A DNA stretch of 64,000 bases from Candidatus Poribacteria bacterium (lineage in GTDB: Bacteria; Poribacteria; WGA-4E; WGA-3G). This document shows, in pieces, positions 39,319 to 48,919 of the stretch. Where the stretch lies: positions 4,814,653 through 4,878,652 of the forward strand of contig OY764073.1 of assembly GCA_963668035.1 (NCBI GenBank), written 5' to 3'. The notes under the pieces were generated by a model. The model ran no database searches. It was not told the origin of the DNA and saw only the letters and a program-made list of their open reading frames with translations. The translations under genes and the position numbers were made by a program. Each line of letters opens with the position of its first letter. Position 1 is the stretch's first letter.

Positions 39319-39405
39319 ACTCGAACCTAACCTATCACGCGAATTCTCAAAATTGTCCGAACGGGCAACCAAGCAAGCAGCTACAGAAAATAGGAGTTGT
39401 TAAAA

Positions 39406-39819
39406 ATGGAACATACAACCTGTGTCGAACTTGCAAATTTAGCGGATCTGATCTTAGCAAAAGCGGGGGTTATCGATCCCAAAAAGGTGCGGCGGCTTAC
39501 CGTCGAAGACGCGCTCGTTGATACTGGAGCGACAGGACTCTGTTTACCTAAATCGCTCATAGAGGAGCTCGGACTCACACCGGTAGGGACATCTACGGCG
39601 GAAACCGCCAACGGCATCGTAGAGCGCACTATCTATTCAGAGGTGGAATATACTGTATTGGGACGCACCTATTCCATCCGGGTGACAGATCTTCCTGAAT
39701 ATGCGCCGGTCCTCCTCGGCCACATGATATTGGAAGCACTTGATCTTTGTCTTGACATCAAAAAAGGGCTCATCCACAATCCTAATCATGACGGTGCATG
39801 GACGGTTCGGATACTCTGA
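39406..39819 (+). CDS. retropepsin-like (clan AA) aspartic protease
   Basis: ALVDTGATGLCLP (D-T-G active-site motif). ATG 39406 lies 9 nt after TAGGAG. Confidence 0.7.
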   Translation: MEHTTCVELANLADLILAKAGVIDPKKVRRLTVEDALVDTGATGLCLPKSLIEELGLTPVGTSTAETANGIVERTIYSEVEYTVLGRTYSIRVTDLPEYAPVLLGHMILEALDLCLDIKKGLIHNPNHDGAWTVRIL

Positions 39820-39860
39820 GCGGTTATCAATTTGTTGTGTTTGGAAAATAACTATATCCT

Positions 39861-42800
39861 ATGCGACTTTTAGTATCAATCACTCTTATCTTTTCTATTG
39901 TTAGCGGTTTCGTATTCGCGGATTCGTGGTTGTGCGGCACACCGCTCCTCCATCAAGATCACCTCGCGCAACACCCGCCTGAAGCAGTGGTTGCCGCTGC
40001 CCCTGCCGCCCCCGTTCAAATCGGACACACAGAACGGTTTTTTATTCATATTCCAGAGACAGAGGTAACCGCCACCTGTATCGCTAAGAGCAAACATCTC
40101 TACGTGTATGTTGATAATTCGGTACGTGACATGATCACTGATGCCGAGGCTGTCGCAATTGCAAACGAATTTGACACACGCATTTATCCAAACGTCCGAA
40201 AATGGATGGGAACAGAATGGAAGCCCGGCATCGACAGAGACAATCACATAACGCTATTGATGCATGATGTCGGTATGAACGGCTCAGGACTTGAATACGG
40301 CGGTTATTTCGCACCCGTGGATCAGCTGCCTACAGCACCGAACAGCAACCGGCGTGAAATGCTGTATATGGACGTTTTCCAATTCAGAGAACGCTCCCGA
40401 CATACCTTTTATAGCAGCCTCGCGCATGAATTCGCACATCTCATCAATTGGTTTCAAAACGGTGGCACAACCGATCAGCGGTGGTTAGAGGAAGGCACAG
40501 CCTCTTTCGTGGAATGGGCAGTTTACGGCACAGTACATACTATTTTTGTTGACGGTTATCTCACCGAACCCAGAGTCTCGCTCGCTTATGCAAACACCAG
40601 GGATGTCTATTACGGGGGGGCTTTCATGCTCATGCTTTATCTCTATGAGCAGTACGGCGGTTCCGAACTCATCCGGGGAATCATAAGCACAGACACCCTC
40701 GGGACACAAGGGATTGACGCTGCCTTAGCGGGTAGTGGTCGCAGTGAACGCTTTCCCGAAGTCTTTCTGAACTGGGGACTCGCGAATTGGGTGAACGCAC
40801 AAGCAGAAAACAGAAAACTCGGTTATGCTGCCTTGCGTAATCGGAACGTGACAGCTGCAGTCCCACGCGTCTTAAATTATCCGAGCGCGGCGAATAATAT
40901 CCGTATCGACCAGTGGAGTCCCCACTATATCCGCTTTGAAAATCTGCCTGAGACCCTCGAGATAACAGTCGCCGGGACGGGGTCAGGCAACCTCTATGCA
41001 ACAACCCTTTACCTCCCTTCTAATAGACGCGCAGTTATTACACCGATCCCATTTGACACCCAAAATAGGGGGCACGTTCGATCCGAAAGACTTCAACGAG
41101 ACGGTGAGATCCTACTGATGGTGACAGCAGATGCAACGCAGACGTTCAATTATGTCGCTGTGGGTATGCGGACTGATTTTGAGATGGGCGCCCCCCGGGA
41201 ATGGAGCTCGGATACGCTGCCTGATGTTGTGACGCACGCCCTCGGCAATCGTGCCCAACCGAGTCTGTTTCCCATAGATCTCAAGCCGGGAACGCAGCTG
41301 GAACCGATGACGCAAATCCATCTCGCAAGCGACTATACCGATGTTATTATTAGGGACGCAGATGTTCCGTCCCTTTATGCAGTGAGCAATTGGGGACTCG
41401 AAATATTTTCGCTGGCTGACCCCACGAAACCTGTGCGTATCGGTGAGATCGCTACACCGGGGCAGGCACAATCTGTGGTCGTCGATGGTGATACCGCTTA
41501 TATTGCCGATGGAGATGCAGGAGTACACGTTATTGATATTGCCGTACCGACCGTCCCAAGCCTTGTCAAGACACTTGGAGGATTCACAGACGCACGCAAA
41601 GTCCAAATCGCCGATGAAAAGCTATATGTGCTTGGCAGGGAACGCGGGATGATGGTTTACAATCAAAACGATGTCCACAACATCCAAACACCGCGACCGC
41701 GAAGTTTCTTCCGCACCGGCGGTACGCCAATCAATATTGTTATCCATAAGGAGACTGTCTACTTGAGTGATGATAGACAGGGCGTGTACGTCCTCGAACC
41801 GAGTCCATTCGGCAATTTCGACTTCCGCAGTGTTGTGCCTATTCTCGCCGCCGCCTATGAGATTCAGGAGACAGCAGATGCTACGTATGCTTATGTCGCT
41901 TCGGGGAACCTCACCTTGGTGGATATGACAGATAGTCAAAACCCTGAAACAGATTTCCGCTTAAATACGCCAGGATTCGCAACCGGCATTCAACTCCGTA
42001 ACAATACAGTTTATCTCGCGGATCAACAAGCAGGACTGCTTATGATTAACGTCCATAACCCGCAGCAGCCACAGCGAATTGCCGCACAACCTACGTTCGG
42101 CAATGCAACCGATGTCGTCATCCGGGAGGATTTGGCTTATATCGCTGACCGAAAAGGCGGTATTCAGACAATCGATGTCAGGACCCCGGCATCACCGAAG
42201 TGGGTGCATCGCTACGCATTTGGTGGCACTGTTTACGGACTTGATGTTGTCGAGACAACGGCAGATGAACGGACGATCTATGTCGCAAACGGCGTCGGGG
42301 GATTGCGGACACTTGAATTTACGAGCCCTTACCACGGCACTTTGACCCGAAATCTATCGTTGCCTGCGGGGACGCTCACTTCTAATAAACACTTCGGAGC
42401 GACGCGCTGTACTAAAATTCGCGTACACGACGGATACGGTTTTGTTGCTGCCGAGACAGGTATGTTCGTTGTTGATCTCGCGCAAAATACAATTGTGACG
42501 TTTATACCGACAGCTGCACCTGTTTCAGATATTGCGTTGCACGAAGGCTACGCCTATCTTTGCGCTGAATCCCTAATTGTCGTCGATAGTCGGGTTCCTC
42601 AACAGAGCAAAATCGCCTTCAGACGTGATATAGATGGAAGTGCTTATCGCATTGGTGTTGACGCAGCTTCGCCTTCCTACGCTTATGTCGCTGCACTTGA
42701 AGGTGGGTTGCATATTTTTGACATTACAGACCCTTCAGTCCCGCGTCCCGTTGGAAATTACGCCACACGCGGAAATGCAACAGGAGTTACGCTTGCACCG

Positions 42801-43442
42801 AGGCGCGCGTATCTATTAGATAGCGGCATCGGCGTTGCTGTGCTTGATGTGTCTGATCCGCGCGAACCGAGATTGCATGATGTCTATGAAAATGAGGCAC
42901 TTCCGATTGATGCACAGGTCGGCGGAAACTATCTTTATCTATTGGATAGCGAAAACGTTCAGCTGATTGATACGCGCACGCTGACGGTTACCTCACGGTT
43001 TCGTGAACTCCAGTTTCCATCTGAACTAAAATTAACGGACACCGCCCTCTATATCGCAGATCTAAATCAACTCCGCATTTTTCGCGTGCATCCAGACGGC
43101 TACTCACTTGCCGTTGAGGAAACGATGCCATCTGATTGGATACCCGATAGCGTTAAATCTACCCCTACCAACCGTTTAAGCCAAAATTTCCCGAACCCCT
43201 TTAATCCAGAAACATGGATTCCGTATCAGCTCGCTTCAGATGTGAATGTGTCCCTCTATATTTACGATGCGCAAGGGCGGCGTATCTATTCTAAAGGGCT
43301 TGGCTATCGCAAAGCGGGTTCGCACACCGCACATTGGGATGGACGCAATGCTGCAGGTGAAACAGTCGCGAGTGGAGTCTATTTCTATGCCATTCAAGCA
43401 GGCGATTTCCACTCGACCCGAAAAATGCTCATCCGGCGATAA
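39861..43442 (+). CDS. secreted protein with N-terminal HExxH metallopeptidase-like domain, LVIVD-type beta-propeller repeats and C-terminal sorting-like domain
   Basis: SLAHEFAHLINW, about 12 repeated units of the type Y.A....GL.I.D.S.P..P, and NFPNPFNPETWIPYQL...SGVYFYAI. Confidence 0.7.
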   Translation: MRLLVSITLIFSIVSGFVFADSWLCGTPLLHQDHLAQHPPEAVVAAAPAAPVQIGHTERFFIHIPETEVTATCIAKSKHLYVYVDNSVRDMITDAEAVAIANEFDTRIYPNVRKWMGTEWKPGIDRDNHITLLMHDVGMNGSGLEYGGYFAPVDQLPTAPNSNRREMLYMDVFQFRERSRHTFYSSLAHEFAHLINWFQNGGTTDQRWLEEGTASFVEWAVYGTVHTIFVDGYLTEPRVSLAYANTRDVYYGGAFMLMLYLYEQYGGSELIRGIISTDTLGTQGIDAALAGSGRSERFPEVFLNWGLANWVNAQAENRKLGYAALRNRNVTAAVPRVLNYPSAANNIRIDQWSPHYIRFENLPETLEITVAGTGSGNLYATTLYLPSNRRAVITPIPFDTQNRGHVRSERLQRDGEILLMVTADATQTFNYVAVGMRTDFEMGAPREWSSDTLPDVVTHALGNRAQPSLFPIDLKPGTQLEPMTQIHLASDYTDVIIRDADVPSLYAVSNWGLEIFSLADPTKPVRIGEIATPGQAQSVVVDGDTAYIADGDAGVHVIDIAVPTVPSLVKTLGGFTDARKVQIADEKLYVLGRERGMMVYNQNDVHNIQTPRPRSFFRTGGTPINIVIHKETVYLSDDRQGVYVLEPSPFGNFDFRSVVPILAAAYEIQETADATYAYVASGNLTLVDMTDSQNPETDFRLNTPGFATGIQLRNNTVYLADQQAGLLMINVHNPQQPQRIAAQPTFGNATDVVIREDLAYIADRKGGIQTIDVRTPASPKWVHRYAFGGTVYGLDVVETTADERTIYVANGVGGLRTLEFTSPYHGTLTRNLSLPAGTLTSNKHFGATRCTKIRVHDGYGFVAAETGMFVVDLAQNTIVTFIPTAAPVSDIALHEGYAYLCAESLIVVDSRVPQQSKIAFRRDIDGSAYRIGVDAASPSYAYVAALEGGLHIFDITDPSVPRPVGNYATRGNATGVTLAPRRAYLLDSGIGVAVLDVSDPREPRLHDVYENEALPIDAQVGGNYLYLLDSENVQLIDTRTLTVTSRFRELQFPSELKLTDTALYIADLNQLRIFRVHPDGYSLAVEETMPSDWIPDSVKSTPTNRLSQNFPNPFNPETWIPYQLASDVNVSLYIYDAQGRRIYSKGLGYRKAGSHTAHWDGRNAAGETVASGVYFYAIQAGDFHSTRKMLIRR

Positions 43443-43580
43443 ACTTTCCAACCTTAGCCAAATATTTCTAAATTCGGGGCAAATAACAAAAATTTTGTAA
43501 CGCCAATCCGCAAAAGACGTTTAATAAAAAGATAATCCCTTCCAATCCCAATTAGAGAGATTTTCAAGGAGAATGATAAC

Positions 43581-45161
43581 ATGGCTAGGAACAGCGTAAC
43601 AGGGCGTTTCCGGGATATTGAGATACTCTTTAGTGTTGATGGTGACGCTACTATTATGAGTGTCCGAAATTTGGTTAACCAAGAACGACAAGTCCGTGTA
43701 ATGTATCAGAAACTTTTGATGAGTGGACTCGCCAATTGGATGCAGTTTCAGTTAACCGACACGCCCGTCTCGCGTCGCCTCCCTGCAGAAATTCTTGACG
43801 CATATCGCTTAACCTTTTTTGTTGATGATGCTGACCCCGTTTCTGCCCGCATTGAAAAAATATTAGCTGAATTGGAAGCCCTCAAACCTGAACAACCTGA
43901 GGAGAATGCTTCGGACCCCCTCCCTGAAGTGGCACCGCCTACATCTGAATCGCCAACAGAAATTCAGGACGACGTTCACAAACCTACCTTAGGGAGTCCA
44001 GCAGATATTGCGACCGCAGTGCCTCCGGCCCCTTTAGAACCCCAGAATCGTGAAAATGAAAGTTCCGTTTCAACACAACAGCTAAAAGAGCCGAAGCCAG
44101 AGATCCCAGAACCGATAAGAACAAGTATTGACGAGAACGAACAGGCACCGGAAAGCCAACCTGCTACGGCACCTATGGCATTGAAACTACCGCCAACGCA
44201 GGATGCCGTGTCTGTGTCGTCTATTATGGACTCTAATTTAGAATTTAAGATCGCAGTCCGGGCCCTGCCACCAAGCGCACGCGCGGCACAACAAAAAGCA
44301 CAAGCCTCTGCACAGCTTGATGCTGCAGCGCCTAAAACCAGGTCGACATCTCTAAAACGCGAAGGCGTTTTTGGACAACTGGCACGAGCGTTGCGCCTCC
44401 CGGGCGGTGGTAGACGCGGCAAAGTTTACTATCAGCAAAAAGGCGAAGCTATTCAGAATGTATTTCAAGACCAACTCGCTAAGTTGGAGCGGGATTACAA
44501 CGAGGGATATGGACTCAATCTCCTTGATTGGGATATGGACACGCTCACCGAGGCGGAGATCGCAATTTTGCTCATGAACCTCATGGTGAGCGAAGTCATC
44601 GCTTGGCGCAAGGAGACCGGACGCGCCACACCTGAAACAGAGCAGCTTGTCCAAACCCTCGATGAAGTAGATGAACGCCTCAGAAGGACACTCAAGCAGA
44701 CGCGCGGTGTCTCCGCACCCTCGCCGACATTGTTTCCAGACCTCGCCGCCGAAAGCGCACGCGATTTGGAGAAAATTCAGAATGAATGCGATGCTTATCT
44801 GCAACGCTTCACGGGTAAACTGATCCAACAAGAGAAAAGACACGCAGAGAAAATTGATGTGCTTATCTTTAAAAGATTCCTCATCCAATTTATCCGGGAT
44901 TTTCTCTTCGTTGAGGTAGCAGAGAGCACACGCGGGAGCGAGTTACCCGAACGCCTCCATTGGTTCCTCGACCTCGTTGATTCTGAAGTCATCCCGATTG
45001 AAGTCGGAGAAACGAAGGTTTCACCGAAGTATCATAAGGTCAAAGGCGTGCGGGCTTCTGAGTTGGCAACAGGGACAATCGTTGAAGTTGTCACAGCCGG
45101 ATTGCAGTCCAAAGATGGCAAACGCGTCAGTCAGATGGCTGTTGTCATTGAAACCGAGTAA
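43581..45161 (+). CDS. hypothetical protein with acidic/Pro-rich central region; C-terminus weakly GrpE-like
   Basis: AAGGAG RBS. Low-complexity segment PEQPEENASDPLPEVAPPTSESP. The tail EVIPIEVGETKVSPKYHKV...GTIVEVVTAGLQSKDGKRVSQMAVV resembles the GrpE beta-domain pattern, with low certainty. Confidence 0.45.
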   Translation: MARNSVTGRFRDIEILFSVDGDATIMSVRNLVNQERQVRVMYQKLLMSGLANWMQFQLTDTPVSRRLPAEILDAYRLTFFVDDADPVSARIEKILAELEALKPEQPEENASDPLPEVAPPTSESPTEIQDDVHKPTLGSPADIATAVPPAPLEPQNRENESSVSTQQLKEPKPEIPEPIRTSIDENEQAPESQPATAPMALKLPPTQDAVSVSSIMDSNLEFKIAVRALPPSARAAQQKAQASAQLDAAAPKTRSTSLKREGVFGQLARALRLPGGGRRGKVYYQQKGEAIQNVFQDQLAKLERDYNEGYGLNLLDWDMDTLTEAEIAILLMNLMVSEVIAWRKETGRATPETEQLVQTLDEVDERLRRTLKQTRGVSAPSPTLFPDLAAESARDLEKIQNECDAYLQRFTGKLIQQEKRHAEKIDVLIFKRFLIQFIRDFLFVEVAESTRGSELPERLHWFLDLVDSEVIPIEVGETKVSPKYHKVKGVRASELATGTIVEVVTAGLQSKDGKRVSQMAVVIETE

Positions 45162-45213
45162 AACCCGCAGCATAGTCTGTTAGACGTACTATATTTGGAT
45201 CGGAGTAAAACCG

Positions 45214-46233
45214 ATGGAGACGAGCCAACGCTTAATTCAAAAGATCGCACAGATACCGCAAGTGTCCCTCGGGCATTTTCCGACACCGCTGGAGGAATGC
45301 CCGCGACTTTCCGAAGTACTCGGCGGCCCGCGCATCTTTATGAAACGCGAAGATTGCTCAGGACTGGCTTTTGGCGGCAACAAAGTACGGCAGCTCACCT
45401 TCACCATCGGCGACGCTGTCGCGCAAGGTGCTGATACTATTGTACACGGTGCAGCTTCACAATCCAATCACTGCCGACAAGCCGCTGCTGCCTGCGGTAA
45501 ACTCGGACTCAACTGCTATTTGCGTCTCGCTCGAGACCATAAAAGTATCCTCCAAGGGAATCTGTTGTTAGATAATTTGGCTGGCGCGGATGTGGAGATT
45601 GTCGATGTCCCCTTCGGGCCCGAATTAGATGCTGTGAAGTACGAACTCGCCGAAAAACTGAAGGCGGACGGCATGAAACCTTATGTCGTCGCATCGCCGC
45701 GATCGACCGCCCTTGCCGCCGTGGCTTTTACAGGGTGTATCGCTGAAATCGCACAACAACAAAAGCAGTTGGGTATCGACGCAGATTGGATTTATACCGC
45801 TTCCGTCGGTGGGACACAAGCGGGACTTATCCTCGGCACTAAGACGCTTGGCATGAAGATGAAACCCTTCGGCATCGCGCCTATTGTTTGGGAAGGTAAA
45901 CTCGAACGGCTGCGCACCGCTGCAAACAGTGCCGCCGAACTTTTGGAATTGGATACGCGTATCACCGATGCAGATATTCAGAATACAGATGACTATATCG
46001 GGCAGGCTTACGGGTACCTCACCCCCGAATGTATTGACGCGCTCAAACGCGTTGCCAAAACAGAGGGAATCTTCCTCGATCCCGTCTATACTGCCAAAGC
46101 CATGGCTTGCCTCATTGACCATATCCAACAAGGTAAACTTGGACGCGACGACACTGTTATCTTCCTCCATACAGGCGGTACCCCTGCTCTCTTTGCATAT
46201 CCAGAAGAATTAGTTGCGGACTTGCACGCCTAA
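45214..46233 (+). CDS. PLP-dependent D-cysteine desulfhydrase / ACC deaminase family enzyme
   Basis: TPLEECPRLS, KREDCSGLAFGGNKVRQL (PLP lysine), and GAASQSNHCRQAAAAC. Confidence 0.8.
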   Translation: METSQRLIQKIAQIPQVSLGHFPTPLEECPRLSEVLGGPRIFMKREDCSGLAFGGNKVRQLTFTIGDAVAQGADTIVHGAASQSNHCRQAAAACGKLGLNCYLRLARDHKSILQGNLLLDNLAGADVEIVDVPFGPELDAVKYELAEKLKADGMKPYVVASPRSTALAAVAFTGCIAEIAQQQKQLGIDADWIYTASVGGTQAGLILGTKTLGMKMKPFGIAPIVWEGKLERLRTAANSAAELLELDTRITDADIQNTDDYIGQAYGYLTPECIDALKRVAKTEGIFLDPVYTAKAMACLIDHIQQGKLGRDDTVIFLHTGGTPALFAYPEELVADLHA

Positions 46234-46328
46234 TTAATACCCCTTTACGTTTTTCCTTGCCTTTTATCCAAAGTGTGCTATCATAATACGCATTGCTATC
46301 CTTAACCTTTTAACACAGGAACACACCG

Positions 46329-47552
46329 ATGCTATTTCGCTTTTCGCTCTACGGATTCCTGAAGAATCAACGTTACTATGAGCCTTTTCTATATCTGGCA
46401 TTTCTTGAAAAAGGGTTGTCTTATTTTATAATCGGCATCTTGATCGGTTTCCGGGAGGTTTGCACGAACTTATTTGAAATTCCCTCCGGCGCGGTCGCAG
46501 ATCTCTATGGCAGGCGACGCGCCATGATCTTTTCATTCTGTGCCTATATCGCCTCTTTCGTTATCTTCGCGACAAGCGAATCGCTGTTTCCGTTGTTCGC
46601 TGCCATGTTTTTCTACGGTTTAGGCGATGCATTCCGCAGCGGTACCCACAAAGCGATGATCTTCGATTGGCTGCGCATTCAAGGACGCTCGGATGAGAAG
46701 ACGAAGACGTACGGTTTCACGCGCTCTTGGTCGCAGATGGGGTCCGCTATTTCCGGTCTCATCGCAGGCGGCTTAGTTTTCTACCGTGGCAATTTTACGG
46801 ACATCTTCTGGTTCTCTGTTATCCCTTATACGATGAATATCGTTAACTTCTTCGGTTACCCTAAGCAATTAGATGGTGATAAGCAGAGCGAATTTTCACT
46901 CAAAGCGGTTGCACGTCTGCTCGGAACCGCGTCCAAACAGGCAGTGCAATTCCCGCCGCTCCGCCGCTTAGTTTTTGAAGGCATGGGTTTTGAGGGGATG
47001 TATAAAGCCAGTAAGGACTATCTCCAACCGATACTTAAACAGGCAGCGATCGCACTCCCGCTATTTTTGGCATTAGATGAATCGAAGCGGTCTGCGTTAC
47101 TCGTGGCGGGGGTTTACTTTGTGCTCTATTTCTTATCGTCGTTTGCGTCACGCAATTCGCATCGGATCTCAGATTGGCGGGGTGGCGACGAGGGCGCTGC
47201 CCGATTTATGTGGTGGGTAGATTTGGCACTTTTCGCACTGTTGGTTCCAGCGTTATGGTTGAATTGGTATCCTGCGATGATCCTGCTTTTTGTCGGATTG
47301 GCGATCCTTCAGAACTTCTGGCGACCCGGGTTAATTAGTCGTTTCAACGCGCAGTCCACACCGGAGATGAGTGCGACCATCCTCTCTATTGAGGCGCAAT
47401 CGAAATCGTTGGCGACAATTATTCTCGCACCGTTGCTCGGGTGGTTGGTGGATTCGGTCGGTAGTTTCTGGCCGATCGGTGTTGTCGGCACATGCATCGC
47501 CCTTGCGATCCTAATCGTATACCGCGGTGAATTGGAAGCTATGCCAGAATAG
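46329..47552 (+). CDS. MFS-type transporter
   Basis: About 12 hydrophobic segments and the loop motif GAVADLYGRRRAMIFS. Confidence 0.7.
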   Translation: MLFRFSLYGFLKNQRYYEPFLYLAFLEKGLSYFIIGILIGFREVCTNLFEIPSGAVADLYGRRRAMIFSFCAYIASFVIFATSESLFPLFAAMFFYGLGDAFRSGTHKAMIFDWLRIQGRSDEKTKTYGFTRSWSQMGSAISGLIAGGLVFYRGNFTDIFWFSVIPYTMNIVNFFGYPKQLDGDKQSEFSLKAVARLLGTASKQAVQFPPLRRLVFEGMGFEGMYKASKDYLQPILKQAAIALPLFLALDESKRSALLVAGVYFVLYFLSSFASRNSHRISDWRGGDEGAARFMWWVDLALFALLVPALWLNWYPAMILLFVGLAILQNFWRPGLISRFNAQSTPEMSATILSIEAQSKSLATIILAPLLGWLVDSVGSFWPIGVVGTCIALAILIVYRGELEAMPE

Positions 47553-47640
47553 AAGCAAATTATTTTGACAAAAGCCGCATCGGCTGCTATACTATTGGCA
47601 TAACGACATATAAGGAGAAAACATTGTAAAATAAAAGATA

Positions 47641-47660
47641 GCGCGGTCAGGCGACCGCGC
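47641..47660. terminator. bidirectional hairpin GCGCGGTC-AGGC-GACCGCGC between convergent genes
   Basis: Perfect 8-bp GC stem flanked by A/T-rich sequence. Confidence 0.5.
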
Positions 47661-47683
47661 CTGATAAAATCGAATGAACCTTT

Positions 47684-48367
47684 TTAGAACCGTTCGGTCT
47701 TAACCTCGCCCCATTTGGTCGCCAATTTTTCTTTCGCATCAACAGGGAAGGGAGTATCACGATTCAGATCGTCTTCCGGTTCACCCTCAAAATATCGGAA
47801 ATTATCGAGCCAAAAATCGACATCCGATTGGGCGATCGACAATCCGACCCACATATCTCTTTCAACATCCGCAGTGGCGTTGAAGGTGATATGATATTCC
47901 ATCCACTCCGGTCCTAATAAATTGATCGCACCGCCTTGATAGAAAGTCCAAGGATCGTGTTGCATCTGGACGCTAAGTGTCACTTCACGCGGTTTCTCGG
48001 AACGCGCCCAAAAAATCACGGTATACGTCTCACCGGCTTTCATTGAGGCATCCCTTTGCTTCACCTTTGCATGCCAAGCCGTCCCAGTTGCCTTATGCCC
48101 GACGACTTTCAGCGACTGTTTCCCGTGTTGTGGGTTTCTCTTGTCGATCTCCATTGTGTAGAGACCACCACGATCGCAACATGCACCGTCCTCTAAATCC
48201 CAGGCAGCTAAATCCTCTTCAAAACTGTGGTTTTCCAGAAGGAGTTCTCCTTCTTTCCACTTGCCCCAGTCCTGTGGTGTGCCTGCAAAGGCACTCAAAC
48301 CTACAAGCAGGGCAAGCAGCACGGCACTTATAATAATAGATTTTGTCACGTTAAATTGCTCCTTCAT
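47684..48367 (-). CDS. secreted carbohydrate-binding-module-like (CBM4/9-type jelly-roll) protein
   Basis: Signal peptide from M25 (MKEQFNVTKSIIISAVLLALLVGLSAFA), then LLENHSFEEDLAAWDL...WLDNFRYFEG. The start at 48367 avoids overlap with the upstream gene. Confidence 0.55.
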   Translation of the reverse strand: MKEQFNVTKSIIISAVLLALLVGLSAFAGTPQDWGKWKEGELLLENHSFEEDLAAWDLEDGACCDRGGLYTMEIDKRNPQHGKQSLKVVGHKATGTAWHAKVKQRDASMKAGETYTVIFWARSEKPREVTLSVQMQHDPWTFYQGGAINLLGPEWMEYHITFNATADVERDMWVGLSIAQSDVDFWLDNFRYFEGEPEDDLNRDTPFPVDAKEKLATKWGEVKTERF

Positions 48368-48371
48368 CGCT

Positions 48372-48740
48372 TTAATTGTCGCCTCGCATAAGGGATTCCA
48401 CTTCGGGCAGGACTTGTGCAACTGCTGCCTGATCAACATTGTCAGCCACGCTGCTGTAACCTGCTGTGTGAATCATCTCTACGAGGTTTTGTCCGAGTTG
48501 TTCAATTGTCCATGCCACTGAATCTGGCACGCTCGCTTTATCGAGAGATCGCTGATCGTTCTTCCCAGAGGGATCGTAGTGGTAGTGTGGATTCTTACGA
48601 AAGCAGTCGAAACGGAGGAGTTGGATATTTTCACCGTCCGTTTCGCCGTAAACACGCACAGAGGGGCCGCCATCTGCTCCGAAATTACGGTCATCAACGT
48701 GGAGTTCAACGCCTCCGACTTGGAACACTTTTTCAGTCAT
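48372..48740 (-). CDS. hypothetical protein (122 aa)
   Basis: ATG 48740 follows GGAGG. No family was recognised. Confidence 0.5.
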   Translation of the reverse strand: MTEKVFQVGGVELHVDDRNFGADGGPSVRVYGETDGENIQLLRFDCFRKNPHYHYDPSGKNDQRSLDKASVPDSVAWTIEQLGQNLVEMIHTAGYSSVADNVDQAAVAQVLPEVESLMRGDN

Positions 48741-48836
48741 CAATTTTTCCTCCAATTTACGAAAATGCAAACATATTATACATCAAAGTCAGAAATATGT
48801 CAATCAAAACTGTTTTTTGGCAAGGCGCGAAAAAAC

Positions 48837-48865
48837 TTGCAATTTTCGAATATTAATGGTAAAAT
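48837..48865 (+). promoter_or_regulatory. candidate sigma70 promoter TTGCAA-N17-TAAAAT
   Basis: Read ~55 nt upstream of the SelW-like start codon. Confidence 0.4.
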
Positions 48866-48919
48866 TTTAAGATAAAATGGTCGGATTGCGAATATTTTAA
48901 CGAGGAGGAATAATACCCC

